A DNA stretch of 64,000 bases from an uncultured Akkermansia sp. (GTDB lineage: Bacteria; Verrucomicrobiota; Verrucomicrobiia; Verrucomicrobiales; Akkermansiaceae). The stretch covers positions 6,522 through 70,521 of the forward strand of contig CANRLM010000002.1 of assembly GCA_947631435.1 (NCBI GenBank), written 5' to 3'. Position numbers and translations under genes: made by a program. Position 1 is the stretch's first letter. Every line of letters starts with the position of its first letter. Under the pieces are notes generated by a model. It did not search any database. It was given only the letters and a program-made list of their open reading frames with translations, and was not told the DNA's origin. Shown here piece by piece: positions 20,401-29,400 of the stretch.

Positions 20401-23400
20401 GGCAGGTACGCACTGACCCTCGAATTGAACAATACCACGGATAGCGCGTTGAATCCGCACGGCAACATCGGCGGCAACCTGAAGGTGACGGTGGAGGAGG
20501 GTGCGGGAGAGCTAAGACTGATTAAGACAGGGGAGAAAAAACTGACGGTGGGAGGCAACTTGACGACTCCCGGTTCGCTGGAGGTGCAGGAAGGCACGCT
20601 GGAGATAGGGGGTGCGGACAGCAGCGTGGGGTCGCTGGAGGTGGAGGAAGGTGCGGGACTTGTCTTGTCGGACGAGGCGAAATTGCACATGGGGAATCAT
20701 CAACTGACGACGGGAAGCATCAGCGGCGCGGGTGAGCTGGATTGGGACGGAGAGCTTTCGCTGTCCGGTACAGTTAAACTGGACGGCGTGAAGCTGGATA
20801 TGGAGGAGGGGGAGAGTCTGAAGATAACCGGCGTGAGCGTGAGCATGGGGGACGGACAGATCGGCGGAGGGAAATCGCCTGTGAGCATCGCGGTGGAAAA
20901 GAAGGGCGAAACCAAGGGCAGCTTCACCCTGGGGGGCGGATCCCTGGGCAGCGGGGAGGACGGCGGCGTCGCTAAGCTGGATGTGAAAGGCTCGGAATTC
21001 GTGCAGGCGGGCGGCGTGATTCAGCAAGGGGCGGAGGTCACCCTTTCCGAAGGATCGACGATGGAGCAAAACGGGGGAAGGATCAAGGGCGGAACGATCA
21101 CCTTGCAAGGAGCTACCACGAGCCTCACGCAGGGCGAACAGGGGGGCATCTGTGGGGGCTCCTTCACCTTGGGGAACGGCGCCTCCTTCTCTCAGAGCGG
21201 TGTCATCTCCGACGGCACGTTCTCCCTGAGGGGTACGGACACCAAGATGCTTGTGGAGAGTCAAGGCAGCATTATTGGCGGGAATTTCTCCCTCGGCGAT
21301 GGGGCAGAAATAGGTGTGAGCGAAGGCATGATCCGGGGCGGTACCTTTACGCTTTCCGGAAAAGGAGTCATTGTGGATTGTGAGAAAGGAGTCATCTCCG
21401 GCGGCGACTTTACGCTGAGCGAGGGAGCCACGATGGTAGCGCAGAGCGCCGGGAGCATCACAAATGGCACCTTCACTCTGAGTGGGGGCGCTACCATCCG
21501 GAACGCAGGCGGGATTTCCGGTGGCACTTTCTCCCTGAGTGGGAGCGGTACAAAGATGGAGGGTGCGGGAGACATCAGCAACGGCGATTTCACACTGGAC
21601 GGGGGTGCGACGATGAGCCAGAGCGGCAGCATCACGGGTGGCACGTACGGATTGAGCGGGGAGGGAACGAGCTTCACGCAGACGAACGGCAGCATCTCGG
21701 GTGTGGAGTTCACCATGAGCGGGGGAGCGACGTTGACGCAGAGCGCCGGGAGCATCACAGGTGGCACTTTCACGTTGAGTGGAACTGCCTCCCTCCGGAA
21801 CGGCGGTAAGATTTCCGGCGGCTCTTTCTCCCTGAGTGGGAGCGGTGCGAAAATGGAGGGTGCGGGAGAAATCAACGGCGGCGACTTTACGTTGAGCGAG
21901 GGAGCTACGATGAGCCAGAGCGGCAGCATCACGGGGGGCACATACGGATTGAGCGGGGAGAGAACGGGCTTCACGCAGACGGACGGCAGCATCTCGGGGG
22001 TGGAGTTTAGCTTGAGTGAAGGAGCGACGTTGACGCAAAACGGGGGAGTAATCCAAAACGGGACCTTCTCCCTCAACGGCGCCGGACTCACGCAGGGAAC
22101 GGGCGGCAGTATCTCCGGCGGCTCCTTCACCCTGAGCAACGGCGCCACGATGGAGACGAGTGGCAGCATCGCGGGCGGAGCCTTTACTTTGAGCGGGACT
22201 GGGACGAGCTTCACGCAGAGCGAGGGAAGTATCGGTGAGGATGTACAGATCATGCTCAAGGAAGGAGCAGGAATCACCCTGAGCGGAGGGAGCATGAGCG
22301 GCAGCGTGACCATGGAGGGAGCGGCGAGCAGCTACGACATGGGGAACCGTGCGGCGGGAGGCAGCGTGGTGATGAAGGGTGGGAGGTTGGAGAATGCCGG
22401 GGCGTTTGCGGGTAAGTTGAGCCTTGAAACGGCGAAGGAATACACGGCAGCGTTGGAGCTGGGCGGAGTGGATGCCGTGCGCATCAACAGGGTCGTAACG
22501 GGTTCCTCCCGGACGGAGCTGCACGATTTGATGAGCGGCAGCACGCTCACCTTCCGCGACGGGGAGAGCAAGATGGTGGTGGGAGCCGAACACGTGTACC
22601 GGGAAGGACAGGAGGTGAGCTCGATGGTGCAATTCCGGAAGGGCAGTGGGCAGATCGCGTTTGAAGGGAACGGGGCGTTGCAACTGCATTTGAACTCGGA
22701 GGTGCTGGAAGGCATCGATGGGAACGGCATAGAAGGGCAGATGGAAATCCTCTTCACCAACGGCAGCTTCAGCGGGATGCCTGAGGGACAGGAGGAGTCG
22801 GAAGCGTGGTTGAAAGAGCACTTCGTGTTGGAAGCCGGGATGGAGGGGATCAAGGTATTGTTGCTGGATGATGTGCACGGCGGACGTCTGGTGCTCACAG
22901 GCAGCACGAGCGGGATATGGATCACGTCCCGCAATGGTCAGAGCGTGGATGTGGCGGATCTGTTGAACCGATACAGCGCAGTGATTGTGGATGAAGGGTT
23001 GACGCTCACGCTGCCAACCACGCCGGAGGAGATGCCCACCATCATCCATCAGTTGCGAAATGAGAGTGATGAGCACGGCGACTTGCTCGTGCAAACGGAG
23101 GCTGGAGCCACAGCCAATCACACCGTGCAGCTGCACAATGCCCACACCAACGAGCATCAAAACAACGGCGACACTCATTTCTTCGGGAACATCCGTGTGG
23201 ATGGGACGGGTCTGGAAGCCGCTACCCTTGAGAAAACGGGCAATGCTCAGTTGAATGTGCATGGGGACGTGACCACCGGCGGCACCGTGCAGCTGAGTGA
23301 AGGTACGCTGAAGTTGGCGGGAGCAGGGAACGGCATCGGCGCTCTCGCCATGAACGGCGGCAAGCTGGACGTGGCAGGCAAGCTCCGGTTGACCGGAAGC

Positions 23401-26400
23401 ACGGCGATGACCGAGACGAGTACGGGAAGCATCACGGGCGAGGGCACGGTGGAGCTGGGGAGCGGAGCAAGTCTCACTCTGGCGGGGGCGGTGAGCTACA
23501 CGGTTCAGAACACGGAACTCGCTGGAGGAGCGCAGATGAGACAAGAAAGGGGAAGTTCGATCACAGGGGGAAGTTTCCAATTGAGTGGGACGGGAACGAC
23601 AATGGTGCAGGAGGGCGGCAGCATCAGCAAGACGGATTTCTCCCTGACGGAAGGAGCCGCCATGGAAGCAGGAGGAAGCGTGACGGGAGGGAGCTTTGTC
23701 CTGAGAGGAGAGGACGCCAAGTTCACGCAGACGGGAGGAAGTCTTTCCGGGGTGAAGTTCGAGCTGAGCGAGGGGGCGACGATGGAGACGAGAGGCAGCA
23801 TCACGGGCGGAGGTTTTGAGCTGAGCGGAGCGGGGACGATCTTCACGCAGAGCGGGGGCAGCATGGATGAGAAAACCACAATCTCGCTGCAGGGCGGGGC
23901 AAAGCTCGTCCTGGCCGGCGGGAGCATGGCGGGCAGCGTGACCCTGGAGGGCGCGGCGAGCGTCTACAACATGGGAGGGCAGACGGCGGGAGGCAGCGTG
24001 GTGATGAAGGGCGGCAAGCTGGAGCATGCGGGGGAATTTGCCGGGAAGTTGTCCATTCAGACAGCGGAGAACTACAGCGGGGAGATCAAGCTGGGAGGAG
24101 TGGATGCGGCACGCATCACGAACATCCAACTTGGGGCGGTCGACACGTACCTCACGGAGCTGAAGGAGGGCAGCACCCTGACCTTGAGCGGGGAGAACAG
24201 CTTGGTGGTGGATTGCAACCAGTTCAATTATACCGACACCACGCCCACATACCTCATCCGGTTTGAGAATGAAAGCGGCAGCGTAACCTTCGCGGAGGAG
24301 GATGGGGGTGGCAGCGTGGGTGTGTTGCTCAAGCTCAGCGCCAAGGAGATAGCCACTCTGCGGCAGCTCGGCGGCGAGGCGGAGTTCTACTTCACCAACG
24401 GGGATATAACGGGTGCGCCGGGTGAGGAGGATTCGCCGGAATGGAGGGAGTGGGTAGCGAGCCATTTCCACTTCACCAAGACGCTGGAGAGTCTCGGTTT
24501 CGCCGTGGTGGGTATCGATGGAGGCAAGTTGCTCATCAGCGGCAGCACGGCGGATGTGTATCTCGTGAGCGTGGAGGATGATCGGGTGGATAGTCCGCTG
24601 CGGCTCGGACGCTACGAGGCCGTGGTGGTGGATACTGACCTCACTTTGGACTTCCATGTGGATGAAGAGCCGGAGGAGAACAGCGTGATCCACAACCTGC
24701 GCAGCGGAGCCGAGGATGAAACCGGTGACCTGCTCGTCAAGAAATCGGGCGAGTACGCGCTGACCTTGGAACTGAACAACATCACGGACAGCGCGTTGAA
24801 TCCGTACGGCAGCACGGGAGGCAATTTAACGGTGACAGTGGAGGCGGATGCGGGAGAGCTAAGCCTGATTAAGACAGGTGAGGGGAAGTTGACGGTGGGA
24901 GGCAACCTGACGACTCCCGGTTCGCTGGAGGTGCAGGAAGGCACGCTGGAGGTAGTGGGAGCGGACAGCAGCGTGGGGTCGCTGGAGGTGAGGGAAGGAG
25001 CGGGACTTGTCTTGTCGGGAGGTGCGAAATTGCACATGGGGAACAACGCGTTGGCGACGGGCAGCATCAGCGGACCGGGTGAGCTGGACTGGGACGGCGA
25101 ACTCTCGCTGTCCGGTACGGTTGAACTGGGCGACGTGAAGCTGGATATGGAGGAGGGGGAGAGTCTGAAAATAGACGGCGTGAGCGTGAGGATGGGGGAT
25201 GGACAGATCGGCGGAGGGGAGTCGCCTGTAAGCATCGCGGTGGAAACCAATGGCAGCTTCACCCTGGAGGGCGGATCCCTGGGCAGCGGGGAGGACGGCG
25301 CCGTCGCCACGCTGGATGTGAAAGGCTCGAAATTCGTGCAGGAAGGAGGCGTGATTCAGCAGGGGGCGGAGGTCACCCTTTCCGAAGGATCGACGATGGA
25401 ACAAAGCGGGGGAAGGATCAAGGGCGGAACGATCACTTTGGAAGGGGATACCACCGGCCTCACGCAGGGCGAACAAGGGCGCATCTGTGGGGGTTCCTTC
25501 ACTTTGGGGAACGGCGCTTCCCTCCGGAATGACGGCAAGATTTCCGGCGGTTCTTTCTCTCTGAGAGGAAGCGGTACGAAGATGGAGGGTGCGGGAGACA
25601 TCAGCAACGGCGATTTCACACTGGACGGGGGTGCGACGATGAGCCAGAGCGGCATCATCACGGGGGGCACCTACGGATTGAGCGGTGAGGGAACGGGCTT
25701 CACGCAGGCGGACGGTAGCATTTCGGGGGTGGAGTTCACCATGAGCGAGGGAGCTATGTTGACGCAGAGCGCCGGGAGCATCACAGATGGAACCTTCACG
25801 TTGAGTGGAACTGCCTCCCTCCGGAACGGCGATAAGATTTCCGGCGGCAGTTTCTCCCTGAGTGGGAGCGGTGCGAAGATGGAGGGTGCGGGAGAAATCA
25901 ACGGCGGCTCCTTCACGCTGGACGGGGGTGCGACGATGAGCCAGAGCGGCAGCATCACGGGGGGCACATACGGATTGAGCGGGGAGGGGACGAGTTTCAC
26001 GCAGGAGGGGGGCAGCATCTCGGGGGTGGAGTTTAGCTTGAGGGAGGGGGCGGCGTTGACGCAGAGCGCCGGGAGCATCACAGATGGCACCTTCTCCCTC
26101 AACGGCGCCGGGCTCACGCAGGGAACGGGAGGCAACATCAGCGGAGGCAGTTTCACGCTGAGCGAGGGTGCCACGATGAGCCAGAGCGGCAGCATCACGG
26201 GAGGCACGTACGAACTGAGCGGGGAGGGGACGAGCTTCACGCAGGCGGACGGCAGCATCTCGGGGGTGGAGTTTAGCTTGAGTGAAGGAGCGACGTTGAC
26301 GCAAAACGGGGGAGCAATCCAAAACGGGACCTTCTCCCTCAACGGCGCCGGACTCACGCAGGGAGCGGGAGGCAGCATCAGTGGGGGCGAATTCACCCTG

Positions 26401-29400
26401 AGCAACGGCGCCACGATGGAGACGAGTGGCAACGTCACGGGCGGGAGCATGGAGCTGAGCGGGGAGGGGACAGGTCTCACGCAGAGCGAGGGAAGTATCG
26501 GTGAGGATGTACAGATCATGCTCAAGGAAGGAGCAGGAATCACCCTGAGCGGAGGGAGCATGAGCGGCAGCGTGACCATGGAGGGAGCGGCGAGCAGCTA
26601 CGACATGGGGAACCGTGCGGCGGGAGGCAGCGTGGTGATGAAGGGTGGGAGGTTGGAGAATGCCGGGGCGTTTGCGGGTAAGTTGAGCCTTGAAACGGCG
26701 AAGGAATACACGGCAGCGTTGGAGCTGGGCGGAGTGGATGCCGTGCGCATCAACAGGGTCGTAACGGGTTCCTCCCGGACGGAGCTGCACGATTTGATGA
26801 GCGGCAGCACGCTCACCTTCCGCGACGGGGAGAGCAAGATGGTGGTGGGAGCCGAACACGTGTACCGGGAAGGACAGGAGGTGAGCTCGATGGTGCAATT
26901 CCGGAAGGGCAGTGGGCAGATCGCGTTTGAAGGGAACGGGGCGTTGCAACTGCATTTGAACTCGGAGGTGCTGGAAGGCATCGATGGGAACGGCATAGAA
27001 GGGCAGATGGAAATCCTCTTCACCAACGGCAGCTTCAGCGGGATGCCTGAGGGACAGGAGGAGTCGGAAGCGTGGTTGAAAGAGCACTTCGTGTTGGAAG
27101 CCGGGATGGAGGGGATCAAGGTGTTGCTGCTGGATGATGTACACGGCGGACGCTTGGTGCTCACGGGCAGCACGAGCGGGATATGGATTGCATCCCGCAA
27201 TGGGCAGAGCGTGGATGTGGCGGATCTGTTGAATCGATACAGCGCGGTGATTGTGGATGAAGGTCTGGCGCTCAAACTGCCAACCACGCCGGAGGAGACG
27301 CCCACCATCATCCATCAGCTGCAAAATGAGAGTGATGAGCACGGCGACTTGCTCGTGCAGACGGAGGCGGGAGCCACAGCTAATCACACCGTGCAGCTGC
27401 ACAATGCCCACACCAACGAACACCGGAACAACGGGGACACGGACTTCTACGGGAACATCAGTGTGGAAGGGGAGGGATTGGAGGCGGCCACGCTTGAGAA
27501 AACAGGCAACGCCGCGCTGAGCGTGCATGGGGACGTGACCAGCGATGGCACGGTGCGGCTGAGCGAAGGCACGCTGAAGCTGGCGGGAGCGGGGAATGGC
27601 ATCGATGCCCTGGATATGAACGGCGGCGAGCTGGACGTGGCAGGCAAGCTCCGGTTGACCGGAAGCACGGTGATGACCGGGACGAGTACGGGCGCCATCA
27701 CGGGCGAGGGCACGGTGGAGCTGGGAAGCGGCGCGAGTTTCATCCTGGCGGGGGCGGTGAGCTACACGGTGCAGAGCACGGAACTCACCGGCGGCGCACA
27801 GATGAGGCAGGAAGAGGGGAGTTCGATCACAGGCGGGAGTTTCCGACTGAGCGGAACGGGGACGGCGTTCGTGCAAGAAGGAGGCAGCATCAGCAGCACG
27901 GATTTCTCCCTGACGGAAGGAGCTACCATGGAAGCGGGCGGAAGCGTGACGGGCGGGAGCTTCGCCTTGAGCGGTGAGGGAGTCACGTTCACGCAGACGG
28001 GAGGGAGTCTCTCCGGGGTGGAGTTCACGCTCAGCGAGGGAGCTGCGATGGAGACGAGTGGCAACATCACGGGGGGAGGTTTTGAGTTGACCGGAGCGGG
28101 CACGAGCCTCACGCAGAACGAGGGCAGCATGGATAAGGGAACCACAATCTCGCTGCAGGGCGGGGCGAGGCTCGTCCTGGCCGGCGGGAGCATGGCGGGC
28201 AGCGTGACCCTGGAGGGCGCGGCGAGCGCCTACGACATGGGAGGTCAGGCGGCGGGAGGCAGCGTGGTGATGAAGGGGGGGAGGCTGGAGAACGCGGGGA
28301 ACTACACGGGGAGCCTGACCATCCAAACGGATGATGCGTACACGGGCGACCTGGAGCTGGGCGGAGTGGACGCCGCGCTCATCACCGATGTGCAGACGAA
28401 GGGAGAAGTGCGACTCACCCGGTTGAAGGAGGGAAGCACGTTGACCTTGCACGGCGACCACAGCATGCGCGTGGCTGTAAACAACACGAATTACGGTGAG
28501 CAGGAGGCGCAGGAGCTCATTGAATTCAACGGGACAGGAGGGTGCGTGGCTCTCGAGGACAACATGACGCTGCTGTTGGATTTGAGCGCAGATGTGTTGG
28601 CGGGATTGCGAAGGCAAGGAAACTTTGAACTGCTCTTCACCAACGGCAATTTTGTGATACCGGGAGAGAAGGACGCCCTGACCTGGGTGCAGGAGCATTT
28701 CACTTTCCGCGAGGAGTTGAAGAATCTGGGGTTCGTCGTGGAGTCCGTGGAGGGGGGCGCATTCATCATCAGCGGCAGCACGGAGGACGTGTATATTGTG
28801 GGAGAGGATGGGGGAGTGGTGCACAGTGCGTTGCTGCTGGGTCGTTACAAGGGAGTTATCGTGGATGAAGATTTGACGCTCGATTTGGACGTGCAGGAAG
28901 ATGCTGCGGAGAACAGCGTGCTCAGGAATGTGGATAGTCTGGGCAAGCAGACCGACCTCAATGTTGAAAAGAGCGGCGAGGGAAGGATCACGGTGGAGTT
29001 GCACAACGATGAGGACACCGACACGGAATTGGGCGGCGACCTCACGGTGAGCAAGGATGAGAAGGAAGGGACGGGGAGAGCTGATCTGCTCAAGAGCGGC
29101 AGCGGGAAATTGACCGTGGGAGGCAAGTTGCAGACGGAAGATAACCTGACCGTTGCCGACGGAACACTGGCTCTGGAGGGGCAAGGCAGCAGCGTGGGCT
29201 CACTGAATCTGGGAGGTGCAGACGAGGCGGGAAATGAGACGAGCGGAGAATTGCAGGTGGACGGGACGCTCACCCTCACCGGCGACTCCGATATGAGAGG
29301 TGATCGAGGCAGCATAACCGGCGGAGGAAGGCTGGTGGTGGACGGGGATGTGCAACTCGGTGAGGGAGTGAAGATGGATGGTCCCGCGCTGGATCTGGGG

